Of a stretch of DNA of 64,000 nt, positions 1 to 12,916 are shown piece by piece. The stretch lies in NCBI RefSeq assembly GCF_009914755.1, contig NC_060932.1. The stretch is one strand, 5' to 3'. The position numbers and the translations under genes were made by a program. This DNA is from the human T2T-CHM13v2.0 reference genome, Homo sapiens. Numbering within the stretch: position 1 is the first letter of the stretch; every line of letters begins with the position of its first letter. The notes below the pieces were generated by a model. It saw only the letters and a list, made by a program, of their open reading frames with translations. It was not told the origin of the DNA and searched no databases.

Positions 1-1154
1 TGCACTCCATTTCAGTTAAAATATGCTGAAATTTATAAATTAAAATAATTTATAAGTTAATACCAAACATTTGGAAAAAAATTCACTTTTAAAAGTTGTA
101 ATGTTAAATCAAAGATTAATATTTAAAAGAAATTATGAAGTAATTTTTAGCATGCAAAGAAATGTTGCTCTCCAAAACACCTGTAAGTTCATATTTACAT
201 ACAGTCCTGCTCCATGTGTGGTATGGATAGCATAAACTTGACTTTCTTCTCCATCTATGCTTTTACTATTCTCCTCACCAAGAATTCCCCAATTAATACT
301 CTATTTCCACCTATTGAAATAATAGTCAAATTTAAAGGACTGAGCCTAAATTTCATTATTCTATAATATTTTCCAGATCCCTCCTTTTAAAATAAGTTAT
401 CTTTTTTGTATTTTTTACTGATTTTTCCCAATGATACACTTTGCTTAATCATAACACAAGTAATAAAATATTACATTAATTTACTTTAAATATTTGCAAA
501 TATCTGTCCCTTTCTCTATATTGCAGACTCCTGATATTAAAGGGACTGTTATAAATTTGCTTTCAATAGACAACCATTGGATTATAATATCAAAATCAGC
601 AGCCATGCCTAGCCAGCCTATAAATGAATACTTAGCTTTGACTGTAAAAACAATATAGTACGTTAGATGAGAAAAAAGTTACCAATACTAGATAAATTCA
701 ATTCAAACTCCACATTTCAATACTTACAAGTCTGTTTTACATAATTTCTATTACAAAACAGTTATTTGCTGACTCATTGGGATCCTTTTGGACAAAAGTT
801 GATTCAGTAAATTTCATGTCATCAATAACATTGAGTTGAGAAAAAAAATCAATGAATAACTGTACAGTTCATCAAGTGAACAGTCAATAAATTGAACTTT
901 GTATTTTCCACAAGTTCTATTTTAAGGCATTTGATTTAAAACCCAGATTTTTTGTCAGTTCATTGAATAAAAGTTGGTAACATGAATAACAGGTATTAAA
1001 GCTAATAATATAGCTCTATGAAAATAAAGCTCAAATACAGCCGATTACATGTTATAATTAAAATGTGCATTTAAAAGGTGACTTTATAATAAAATGTATT
1101 GTACATGTTAGAGTATTAAAAAATCTAAATATTTTGGATTAAAACATTCCACTG

Positions 1155-1478
<324 letters not shown>

Positions 1479-2274
1479 ACATTCCACTCTGTTTTTGAAA
1501 AGCAGTTTTGAAGAGCAGAGCAGATTCAGTTACATGACCAAAGGTAGCCCAGCCTACAGGATTTTATAAATTTCAAAATCTTATATGACAAGAGCAGTTG
1601 AATAACTTCATATTCTTGGAAAATATTGACATAATGTACCTTTTTTATTGTAATTCTCTTGCCATTAAAATTACAATGACGTTTTCTTTCTACATTTTTG
1701 TCTTCAATACAGCAGCCTGCCATATTGCTGAAGGTTTGTGAGACACAGCCTAGAAGTTTGTTATCAATCCTCATTGGTTGAGGCTCCTCCTGCTGTAGTT
1801 GAAGACTGTCTACTGCTAAAAGGAGAGAATATACTAGAAAGAAATAAAATTACTTGATGTATTTAATTTTTTCTGTTACTTCCTGTCCATTTGTTACTTC
1901 CTGTCCCTTTGTCACCGGAAGACATTCTGTATTTTCGTCCTGAGGCATCAAGTGCATTGAGAACAACAGAATGTAGACATTTGTGTGCTTCAACAAACAA
2001 TGGAGTAAGAAGTAAATGAAAAGTTTTATGTAATAGAGATGTTGACAGATTCCATTTCATCTAGTGAACATATCCAGTATTTACAATCTTACCCCACACA
2101 TATCATGCAGACTACCTGACTGTATGTTTTGCTTCTAGATCAAGACCTATTGTCCACTCTAAAACATCATGCACACATATGAAATCCCGATTGTCTACAT
2201 TTATGGAACACAGTTTAAAATACTTCAGAAATATTAAAATGATAAATGTCAGCAAAATACAAGTTCATTTGAGA

Positions 2275-2800
2275 TTCAACATGCATTCAACTCTTTATTT
2301 AGCTAGGAGTTATTTAATACCACATGCTGGCTACAGTGTTAGGGTCTGAAGTACATAGCTTAATAGGGTTAAACTTTGATATAGGAAGCAAAAAGCTATT
2401 CAATTATAAAACAGTGTTTACATACTTATAGGAAAATGCTTACAAAAATTATATGAAAGCACAATGAAGTGATCTATTTTAATAGTTCTACACTAGAAAA
2501 ACAGGAATTAGTGGTTTAGAGAAGGATTTTTTGTTCAGGTTAGATTTGGAGAGGTCTTTCCAGAGTTAGTAAATACTTTCAGAAGGAGAAGAGAAAAAGC
2601 ACATTTCAGAAAATAATTAATGACGTGAGCCATATCAAAGAGATATAACAGAGCATGGTTTATTTAAGAAACTATTCATGGTCCAGAATGGTAATGGTGT
2701 AGGATGGTTGTATTGAAAAAAAAAAAGTAGTCTATACAACAATCAAGTTAGCTTTTACCGTATTTTTAAAAACGATGTTAAGTAATTTTGAGTGATGTGG
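2275..2800 (-). mobile_element. Degraded L2 LINE 3' region
   Basis: cattcaac-type L2 tail in reverse, followed by purine-rich L2-like sequence. Highly diverged; boundaries approximate. Confidence 0.4.
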
Positions 2801-4779
2801 GTCACATTCTGCAGGGAATGGCTAATCATAAAAGTAAGCCAAAAACTATTTGGGGCAGGCATTTTTAAAACTTTAAATTAATTACCCTAACAACATCTTT
2901 CTAGAAAGCAACTGTGCCTGAAGTGCACTTAGGGCCAAGAAACAAGCAAGTATCTGCAATTTTATTAAAGTGTTGTTTGCCAGTCTTTCCTCAGAAAACA
3001 ATAAGAGATTTGAGAAGAAAAGAAAAATAATCATTTATGTAGTTTTTGGCTCAGGTTTCAATAAAGAGACAAGGACAGATGATATATTAAGTCAAGAGCT
3101 TTCTTGATCTTGACCAGCGAATGAACAGAAAAGTAAGAGCTTCTCCCAAAATTCTCAGATGGATTGCCTCTGAAGCGCCTCCATTTGGGTTCAGTTTCTC
3201 ATCTTTGGTTATTTCCTTTGATTAAGCATAAAGTGATGTGTGAAATAATTAGGAGAAGCCTGGATTGGCAGAATAGTTAATGCATCTTCATCTAAGATAA
3301 ACACCTCTTCTCTTTCATCTCTCTATAGGTATTCTTGATTCATCTTTTTATTAGATTTCTTTTGAAGCAGTAAGGCTTTACCTCATATTGCAGGATTTCC
3401 TTCACCGTTATCTTTAATCTGCAAGTTAACATTTGAACCATCAACAAAATATATCACTATGATAAACCAAATAACAAGTAACCTTTATTACTTTATATTT
3501 TGAAGTTCAACAAACCATAATCTTAAGGAGTATGTTTGGAGCGTGTCTGAAATAAAAGTGACATCATTGCAAAGTGTTATAGTTAAAAACAAGCAATCCA
3601 AAGTGAAACTAGGGCAATCTCAATTTCCTATAAGCCACGCTAGGCAGGTGAGATTTCTGCTTTGTTAAAAAGAGTGGAAGTGTAGAGCATAGATTAGAAA
3701 TAGAAGCAATCCAGGACCAAAAACATCAGTTAGCTGAATTTGGAGACAATAAAGACAAGTGTTAAAGTGATCTGAGCTGGGGGCTAGAGGCTATTCATTA
3801 AAAAGATGAAACTATTTTCATTTCTACATTCATTTTTAACCATGACACTCACTTTGAAATATAATTTGCAATGACTCTATAAAGAGAGAACAAAAAGCAT
3901 AAAGCACTGTGAGGAGGTGGAAATAAATAACTCTTATTAAAAACAAAACAAGGAAGTCAAAGCAAAAAAAAAAGTCCATAAAAAGTTTAGATACAGTTTG
4001 AAATAGAGCTTACCAATTAGCTTCACTACATGACTAAATTTATTTAAAAAGAAAAGTGAAAAGAAAAACAAATGTGGAAATGAAACACACCCATTTTGAT
4101 GCCTTGAACTGATAAACGATAGTGGATGCATACCCACACACGCACACCCACAGAGAACTAAGCACTGAGAACATTAAATTTAGCTTATCTTAAATAAAAT
4201 ACTATATTCAACTCATTAATCTTTCTTTCTTGGTAATAGAGTTGTGATTTATAATTGTGACTATTATGGCACAGATTCATTTGAAAATACTCTATTATAA
4301 TATTTAATATTTTGCCATTTCCTCTAGAGCTAAATTTCATTTATGCTAAACTGAAATAAAATCTGGAATAATTTGAAAATCAGTGGCATAGGCATGAAGA
4401 CAGTAAAAATTGGCTACATAAATTTTTAGGGGCAGGTATGCTTTACAAGATCTCAGGTAAATTAGGGTCAAATATAGAAAACATGATTTGTATTAAGTAA
4501 GAATATAATTAAAAACTCCAAAGCAAAGTAATTGCAGTATTTTTCACAAACACCTACTTTTTAATATTTTATGTATAACATAATATTAGAAAAACACAAT
4601 CAATAGGAAACAAGATTGTTTAACTTGACTGGATTTTCTTCTCACTTTCCCACATGTAGTATTTTGTAAACATATTTTAGAGTTAGGGAGCATAAAGAAG
4701 GTGGACATTTGATTTTTTATTAGAATGTATAATAAAATCTTGAGATAAAATTATCCATGATGTTTCGACATATCTTGTA

Positions 4780-5207
4780 TTAGCTTTTGTTCCAGACTAT
4801 CTTTCCAAGAAAGTTTATACAGCAAATGACGTTGAAAAACAGTGATCCCCCCAGGGACAGAGGACAGATCTGTGTCTTGACTTGAAAAAATAAAGATAAC
4901 ATCTCCTTCTGAGATAAAGTTTTGGCAAGCTTGCCAGTAATCCCCTTAGAAGACTGAAAGTTCTATAAACTCATTGTGTGTACCATCTACCTGGGCTGCT
5001 CCACACAGCTCCCATGGGATATGGGAGAGCAACAGAAACCAACTGAAACACAAAGCTGATGTTGCCTGCTATGCCTTGAGTTACTAGAAATTTTTTTTGT
5101 TTTTGATCTAGGAATTTCATGTATTTTACCAGCATCTGTGATACTGTGGGGTATGTTGTAAACTTGCAAGTACAATAAAAATTTCAGACCCTTCACAATT
5201 CTTAACA
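4780..5207 (+). mobile_element. Solo LTR, MER77-like (ERVL class)
   Basis: 3' end aacttgcaagtacaataaaaatttcagacccttcacaattcttaaca and internal aaagataacatctcc match my recall of the MER77 consensus. A related copy lies at 13147-13560. Confidence 0.6.
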
Positions 5208-5288
5208 TAAAAATGCTCAAATTTTCAATGAGAAATAAATTTTTAAATTTATTATTCTGATGAGGAAACTGAGGAAAGCACTGGTTAA

Positions 5289-5358
5289 TTTATTTTATTT
5301 TATTTTTTGGAGATGGATTCTCGCTTTGTTCCACTGGCTGGAGTGCAGTGGTGCAATT
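5289..5358 (-). mobile_element. Severely 5'-truncated Alu (tail plus ~50 bp of right arm)
   Basis: (TTTTA)n tail, then gagatggattctcgctttgtt...ggctggagtgcagtggtgcaat. Abuts Tigger2 directly; no TSD found. Confidence 0.85.
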
Positions 5359-5363
5359 ACCTG

Positions 5364-8222
5364 CACATAAACAGTCAATTAACACGTTTTGTATGTTATA
5401 TGTACTATCTACTGTATTCTTACAATAAAATTATCTAGAAAAAAGAAACTTATTTTAAAAATTATTGAAAAAAGAAAACCTGTTTACTATTCATTAAGTG
5501 GAAGTAGATCATCAAAAAGATCTTCATCCTTGAGTTCATGTCCTTTGTAGGGACATGGATGAAGCTGGAAACCATCATTCTGAGCAAACTATCTCAAGGA
5601 CAGAAAACCAAACACCGCATGTTGTCACTCATAGGTGAGAATTGAACAATGAGAACACATGGACACAGAGTGGGGAACATCACACACCGGGGCCTGCCAG
5701 AGGGTGGGGGGAAGGGGGGAGGGTTAGCATTAGGAGATATTCCTAATGTAAATGACGAGTTAATGGGTGCAGCACACCAACATGGCACATGTATACATAT
5801 GTAACAAACCTGCACATTGTGCACATGTACCCTAGAACTTAAAGTAAAAAAAAAAAAAAAAAAAGATCTTCATCCTTGTCCTCACATTGAGTAGTCTGAA
5901 CAGGAGGAAAAAAAGAGCTGTTGGTTTTGCTATCTCAGGTGTGTCAAAGTCAGAAGAGATGGAGGAGATGAAAGGGGAAGCAAGAGAGTCAGGCACACTC
6001 AGTGTAGTTTTACACTAAATTGTACATTGTAACTTCTGACTTTTTGCTTCTTCATTTCTCTAAAAATATTTCTGTGTGTCACCAGTCCTTCTTCCACCAT
6101 TTTCTTTTGTTTAAGTGCCCAAATCATGAGAGGCCTGTGTCATAAAAGAAGTCAAAAGCAGTCTTGAATAATTGGCAAACTTCTGCAAGATTGTCTAACA
6201 TCAAATTCTTTTCTGACATTGCTTCTTCCCCATCTTCCTTATCATCTGGCACTGGTTCAGAGCACTTATCTCCATCAAGTCGTCTTCTGTAAATTCCTCT
6301 TGCTTGGTGTCTATTATCTCTAGAATTTCTCCAAGATCCATAACTTGAAACCCTCAAACCCCCACCTTTTTCGCCATATCCCCAATTTTTTTCATGATTT
6401 CCTTGGTGGGCTCTGTTGTAATTCCTGTGAGGTCATGCACAGCATCTGGACAGTTTTCTCCAGCAGGAATTTATTGTTTCAGATTTGATGGTTTTCACGG
6501 CTTTTTCCCTAACAATGATGGCATCTTCAGTGGTGTAATCCTTCCAGACTTTCACGATGTTATCTGTACAGGGGTTCTCATCTATAGCATTGGTAATCCT
6601 TTCCATAGAGTATCATGTGTAATGAGCCTTAAAGGTCTTTATGATCCCCTGATCTAGAGGGTGAATTTGATACATTGTGCTTGAAGGCAGTTGGACCACT
6701 TGACACCTTCTGTGTTGAACCCATGGGGTTTTAGGTGGCCAGGTTCATTGTCCAATATTAAAATAGCTTCAAAATGCAATCCCTTACTGGGAAGGGACTT
6801 CCTGACTTTAGGAACAAAGCATCAATCCATTCCATTTCAATGCAAACAATCCAGAATGAGAGTTCTCACTGTCCAGGCCTTCTTGTTGTACAACCAAAAG
6901 ACTGGCAGTTGGTATTTATCTTTTCCCTTCAAGGCAGCTTTATAGATAAGCCTTGACCTTAAACCCAACTGAATTTGAACAAAAGTTTAAACTATCTCTT
7001 CCTGCCTTAAATCATGGTGCTTTCCGTTCTTTGCTAACAAATGTCCAGGTTTTTTTTAACAGTATAGTGCACTTTCATCTGCATTATGAATCTGTTTATG
7101 CAGGTACCATTTCTTTTCAATGATTTTCTTAATGTTGTCTGGGAACTAGTCTGCTCCGTTGGTCAGCAGGAGCTATTTCTGCTGTTATCCTGACATTTTA
7201 AAAGCCAAAACTCTTTCTGTAATAAAATTATTAAACCATCCTTTGCTGGCATTACATTTTTCAGCTTATATTCTTCACATTCACTTTTTCTCAAATCATA
7301 TTACAGTCTATAGGTATGCTTGTCTTATAGTAGTCTTACACCCACATAAAAGCTGTATTTTGAATACAAGATAAAAAAGTATTTCACAAAAAGTGCAAAG
7401 TTTTTACACCTGCTGGTGTAGCTGCAGTGACAGCATCAAAGGTTTTTTTTTTTCTTATTTTATAGTGGGTCTTATGCTGGATTCTTTTATCACAAAATGG
7501 CTGTCAAATGTGGCTCCAAGACCTCAATCTATAGTACATATCAAGCAGTTAAACTTTTTCATATAATGTGATGATTTTTCCACTTGGGAGCACTTCCAGC
7601 ATCACTAGTGGCACTTTGGATGGGCCTTATGGTGTTATTCAAGGTTTATGATATTGCACTAAACATAAAAAATATGTAAGAACTGTGGAGATCACGTTTT
7701 ATTTTGATATACAATTTACTGAAGAGATGAACTACTCAAGGAGAGATGATTAGTGTCACAAGGCATTTTAAACAGATACTCATAACAGGCACTCACAGCA
7801 ATAGCAACACAAAGTAGCTACAAAATTATTACAGCAGTACAGTATGCACTACAGTTAATTTTATGCAGTTACAATTTAAACCTGCATCTTTACACTTGTT
7901 ACATTTTTATTAACCTGGAATTTTGCAATGTATCATCTATAAGTGTTTGTGTGTGTATCTTTTTATAAATTTTAACCTTTTATAATAGATTTATACATAT
8001 TTTATAATAAATGATAATATAGATTATTATCAACATATATTTTATGCATTTGTAAAATATCTGGGTTTTTCTAAACTTTTGCAATATTTCTAGGCTATGT
8101 GGTTTTTCTGTAAGTTTTTTCAAATTGTTCCAATTCTCCCTTTTTTCAATATGTTTATTGAAAAAAATTAACATATAAATGGACCTATGCAAATCAAACC
8201 TGTGTTATTCAAAGGTCGACTA
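5364..8222 (-). mobile_element. Tigger2 (pogo-like Tc1/mariner) DNA transposon, near full length, with dead transposase
   Basis: Right end tgtgttattcaaaggtcgacta followed by TA matches the Tigger2 TIR. The minus strand encodes the DDD-type motifs HNADES (~7071-7088), ILDNEPGH (~6735-6758) and PLDQGIIKTFKAHY (6619-6660), plus a C-terminal SEPVPDD...LDNLAEVCQLFKTAFDFFYD (ORF 6124-6357), with stops. The left TIR is missing. Confidence 0.9.
5532..5864 (+). mobile_element. 5'-truncated L1PA (about PA4-PA6) 3' end inserted in Tigger2
   Basis: Canonical L1 3'UTR with G-rich tract and poly-A. TSD aaaagatcttcatcctt at 5515-5531 and 5861-5877. Confidence 0.95.
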
Positions 8223-8468
8223 TATAAGTTACATTTTATAATATATAACATGAAAAGTATATTATACATAAAGTAATTAAATGTAGTATATAATATATAA
8301 AAATAATAAAAGATAAACTAAAAGTAGTAAATAAGTGTTATTAATATAAGATATAAATATTAAAAAGTCATGTATTTCATATATATATAGTATCCTCTCT
8401 TTTTTATATGAAAAGTAGTAGCATGCCACGTTGGATTTTCATATATTGACTGATTTGCAGCTTGCTTC

Positions 8469-8778
8469 TTTTTTTTTTTTTTTTTTTGGTTTTTTGAGAC
8501 ACAGTCTTGCTCTGTCACCCAGGCTGGAGTACAGTCGCTGGTCTCGGCTCACTGCAAAGTCCGCCTGCCAAGTTCAAGCAATTCTTCTGTCTCAGCCTCC
8601 CAAGTAGCTGGTATAACAGGTGCACGCCACCACACCCAGCTAATTTTTTGTATTTTTAGTAGTGATGGAGCTTCTCCATGTTGGCCAGGCTGGGCTTCAA
8701 TTCCTGAGCACAAGTGATCCACTTGCCTTGGCCTCCTAAAGTACTGGGATTACAGGTGTGAGCCACCATGCCTGGACA
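8469..8778 (-). mobile_element. AluS (Sx/Sz-like)
   Basis: Poly-T tail and full dimer. TSD agcttgctt at 8459-8467 and 8779-8787. Confidence 0.92.
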
Positions 8779-8789
8779 AGCTTGCTTTT

Positions 8790-9290
8790 TGGTACTTGAT
8801 ATATCCTGGATGTATTTCAAAAAAATATATATAGTCATTTCCTTCTTTCCATTTGTAGTCCCATACATACTTAACTGTGTAGACACAGCATACTTTACTC
8901 AGTCACCAACTAATTTAAAAAATATTTTCAAACTTTGTATTATTTTAAGTAATGCTAAAATTATAAAGCTAATACATAATTTATTTTATATTTTTCACTT
9001 GTTTCTTGACATTTAAATGTTAAGTCAAAGTGGATATTCATGGGTAAATTTGCTAGATAGTACTAATTTTCTTTACAATTCCTACAATGAATATTGTGGG
9101 GAACACCGGATTGCTTGCTTCCCTCAGCCTCTGCAGCAATGCATGTTGCCAAACTTTTGCACTTTCTCTAATCTAATCACTAGGAAGTAGTTTATCACTG
9201 TTGTCACATTTTGATTTTTCTGTGAGAGGCTGAATATCTCTTTTTATTTTGTAATATTTGTTTCTCCCTTTTGTGAAGTGTCTCTTCAGA
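8790..9290 (-). mobile_element. Old L1M (L1ME-like) 3' fragment
   Basis: Diverged L1 ORF2-end/3'UTR-like text (ttttgatttttctgtgagaggctgaatatc, tgtgaagtgtctcttcagatc), interrupted by the MLT1 LTR. Confidence 0.45.
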
Positions 9291-9292
9291 TC

Positions 9293-9723
9293 TATAGTCT
9301 GTTTAGACTGCCGTAACAAATCATCACAGGCTGCTGGATGGTTGAACAAACAGAAAAGCATCTTTTTACAGTTTTGGAGGCTAGGAAGACCAAGATCAAG
9401 GTGCCAGATGATTCAGTTTCTGGAGTGAGCTCTGTTCCTGGCTTGTAGACAAACTGTCATCTCACTATCTCCTCACATGCACCACTGAGAGACAGAGACA
9501 GGGAAAAGGAAAGGGAAAGAGAGAGAGTGAGAAAGAGAAAGAGATAGCTCTCTTTTCTTATAGGGACACAAATCCTATTGAATCAGAATTCCACCTTTCT
9601 GATCTCCCTTTATCGTAATTACCTCCATAAAGAACTTATTTCCAAATTCAGCCACTCTGGAGATTGTGGCCTGAACATATGAATTTGGAGATGAGGGGTG
9701 GCACAAACATTCAGTCTATAGCA
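9293..9723 (-). mobile_element. MLT1A-type MaLR solo LTR
   Basis: Reverse complement begins tgctatagactgaatgtttgtg. Contains cagttttggaggctaggaagaccaagatcaaggtgcc, typical of MLT1. Confidence 0.85.
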
Positions 9724-10000
9724 GTTTCTCTTTTTTTCATTCAGTCGTTGATCCCTCAGAAATTTTAGGAGTAGTTTATGGCCCTTTTCTGTGACAAATG
9801 AGGAAATTATTTATTTCCACTTTGTAAATTTTATTTTACTTTGTTACACTCAGTACTATGAAACAATGAATTTCATATGCATTTATTTTTAATATTACTA
9901 TTGTTTCTTTAAATGCTTTTTGAATTTATGTCATAGTTAATATTTTTCTCACTCTAAGATTATAATAAAAACTTTCCAAGTGCTTATAAAATTTTTCTTC

Positions 10001-10417
10001 TGTATTAGTCCATTCTTGCACTGATATAAGGACATACCTGAGACTGTGTAATTTATAAAGAAAAGAGATTTAATTGGCACATCGTTCTGTGTGCTGTACA
10101 GGAAGCATAGTGACTTCTGCTTCTGAGGAGGCCTCAGGAAACTTACAATCATGGTAGAAGGTGAAGAGGAAGCAGGCATGTCTTACATGGCAGAGCAGGG
10201 GGAAGAGAGAGAGCGGGGAGGTGCTACACGATTTTAAATAACCAGATCTCATGAGAATTCACTCACCATTACTAGAACAGCACCGAGGGGATGGTAGCAA
10301 ACCATTCATGAAGGATCCACCCCCATGATCCAACCACCTCCCACCAGGCCCTACCTCCAGCATTCAGGATTACAATTGAACATGACATTTTGGTGGCGAC
10401 ATACCCAAACCATATTA
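10001..10417 (-). mobile_element. MSTA MaLR solo LTR
   Basis: Runs tgtattagtccattcttgcactg...gcctcaggaaacttacaatcatgg...caaaccatatta. 5-bp TSD tcttc/ccttc. Confidence 0.92.
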
Positions 10418-10546
10418 CCTTCCTAAATGCACTGGAGAAGACCTCTTTGCATAGATTACCATTTAAAAGATTTTGTTTTGGGGCTATGTGATATATAGCA
10501 TACACATGCGCATACTCAAATGCAGGTATGTAATGTGTATATGTGT

Positions 10547-10740
10547 ATGATAGCCACCCGCAGAAAAAAGATGAACCCCACCCAAAATGTGGTTCAAATC
10601 TTCTAACTGATGACACCACACACACACCAAGATTATATAAAAAAGCACAACACTGGCTTATTACCAAAAGTAGTTAAGGATTTCTGGGGAAAATAGGTGA
10701 CTCCCAGGCAGGTCCAAAAGTAACTTGAGAGAGAGCAAAA
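10547..10740 (-). mobile_element. LTR fragment, MER76-like (ERVL)
   Basis: ccccacccaaaatgtggttcaa...ctgatgacaccacacacacaccaag...ctcccaggcaggtcc resembles my recall of MER76. Confidence 0.5.
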
Positions 10741-11900
10741 AATGAAGAAAATTTATACTAGTCCTGTAAATTTATTTTTTCTGAAAAAAGTTAATATCTG
10801 TTGACTCAACAGTACATTAAGAGAAATATATCCTGCAAGTCTTTTAGTAAACAACGAATGGGATAATCTCTAATACTGTTCAGACTCTGAATTCCTCCCC
10901 GGGCCTTTCACTCTTAGCACTGCCACTGCCCCCTTAAACAAATCTCACATTGTTGCTACAATCCTTGTCTTTCCCTTCCCTTCCACCCACCCACTACCTT
11001 TTATTTTACCTCACTTTTTTTTTTTTCCCTTTTCTACTTTAAACACCTTTTTCTGATCTAGGTACACGACGAAAACTTTCTATCCTCATTATAAAGTTTT
11101 TATCAAAATTCTCTTTATTTTCTGAGCCTTGTTAAAAAAATATCACTTCATAAAAACAAACAGAGGAGAGAAACCATATTCACCTCTAGGCTCTTGCATT
11201 TCTAAAATCTCTGTATTCCAATTCCCTTTTCCTGAAATAAGTTCTTACCATCACTTATTCAATTGTCTTTTCATTAGATTTTTGTGTTTTATTTTGATTA
11301 TATGAGCATTTTTTTCAGTATAAATTAGTATAGCACTTATATGAATGCAGTACAATATCTAAAACAATACAGCATAATATATACAAACAAATAATTTTTC
11401 ATCTGAAAATAACACTGGCTACAAGGTAACATGTTTTCTATCAATTTTGTATTTTTTTAGACTAGATAATAACATAATCTGTTAACTTATTAACCATTTC
11501 ACTTGTACTTAAGAAAGGAACACATACATATAAGTTTCGATTTTTAAAAAATTATAGTGTTATGTGTGAGGTGAATTTAACACAGGTGAGCTACATGGTA
11601 CCACAATAATCAATTCTGTAACATGGACAATGAGACTTTCTCCCCCTACTTCAATGTCATGAATTTATACTTCTTGCTAGTCCATTTTGTTTTTAACAAA
11701 TAACATGCTATTATTTCACCAATCTTAAAAATATATCTCATTTTACTCATTTCCTCCTCAAATTATAGCCCCAAATTTCCTTTTCCCTTCACAGAGAGGC
11801 TTTTTTAAAAAAAATAATTACTTAGATTTGCTGTCTTTAATTCCTTTCTCCCATCTACTTTTGAATTACTCCAATCAGATTTACACATTCTGCACTCCAT

Positions 11901-11932
11901 AGGCAGTCCTCAGATGTATGCTGTACAAATGA

Positions 11933-11963
<31 letters not shown>

Positions 11964-12080
11964 CAATGATGGTTTTATGCCTAACACTTAACTGACTCAG
12001 ATGTTATAGTTTTATTTTGTGTCTTGCTCTGTTAATAAAGCCTGACTTTACATTTTTTTCTGTTTAAAAGGTTTTTACAT
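11901..12080 (+). repeat. Dispersed local duplication A, derived copy, with (GAT)9
   Basis: Aligns to 13630-13812. Shared exact blocks: ttttatgcctaacact (11973/13701) and tttattttgtgtctt (12011/13739). Confidence 0.85.
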
Positions 12081-12390
12081 CAACATTGCATTTGCAAGGT
12101 CATGAATGACCTTCATCTTTCTAAATCTAGTCAATGATTCCTACTTACCTTGCTTTCAGCCATATTTGATACAGTCGATCACTTCTCTGTTGTTAAAACA
12201 TTTTCTTCATTTACCTTTAAGGACCCTAAATCCTCCTGGCTTTCCTCCTGCTTGATTGACTTCCCCTTTGAGTCACTTTTGTTAGGTTCTTATTATAAAT
12301 ACCAAGATAATGCCTCTTATTGTTGGAATGACAAATATCTCCAACTTTGATCTTTTCCTCTCTCTATCCACTCACATCCTTGATGACTTC

Positions 12391-12422
12391 ATATAGATAT
12401 AGATATAGATATAGATATAGAT
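12391..12422. repeat. (ATATAG)n microsatellite
   Basis: About 5 perfect units. Confidence 0.9.
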
Positions 12423-12591
12423 TCTTAAACAACACTATTTGTATACCTAAAGAGAATCTCCTTTTAAAAAAAATTCTAAAACCACATTTCTGACCTCCTC
12501 CCAATGTAATCTTCCTACAGTATTCCCTATCACAAGAAATAGTAACTCTAGCTTCCAAGATGATCAAAGCCTTAAAGCAAATTTATCTCCC

Positions 12592-12883
12592 ATAGCAGAG
12601 ACTGACTAGCTATATAAAAAAAGATTATTTTCCTTAATTCCTGGGTTACAATAACTTTCCTAGTCTCCTTTGCAGTTATGTGTGGCCATGTGTATGAGCT
12701 CTAGTCCAACAGAATACAAATAAAATGAAGCACATCTCCTTTAGGTCTGGTCTATAAAAACATCCTGTGAACTATCTTCTCTTTCTTTCCTAAGCTCACA
12801 ACAATGAAAAGTGGTCAATCTTTCACCAGCCTTTGTCCCTGAACAAATGAGTGAAGCAGTATTGAAATGTGTATGTGTGAGTG

Positions 12884-12916
<33 letters not shown>

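Larger units (their letters stand above)
11730..12580 (+). mobile_element. L2 LINE ORF2/3' fragment, interrupted at 11901-12080
   Basis: L2 hallmarks ctccaatcagattt..cactccat, caaggtcatgaatgacc, tcagccatatttgatacagtcgatcac and ctcctggctttcctcctgc. ORF 12150-12350 (LSAIFDTVDH) is an RT remnant. Confidence 0.8.

Noticed and set aside
3329-3369. 41-nt plus-strand exon-like unit with a strong pyrimidine tract
   Set aside because: Isolated; the neighbouring candidate at ~3055-3132 has stops in all three frames. Compatible with chance.
3382-3418. 37-nt minus-strand exon-like unit (ttgcag|...GAG|gtaaag, LKITVKEILQYE)
   Set aside because: Its only open frame ends in phase 0, incompatible with the phase-1 candidates at 1640-1987, and the acceptor lacks a pyrimidine tract.
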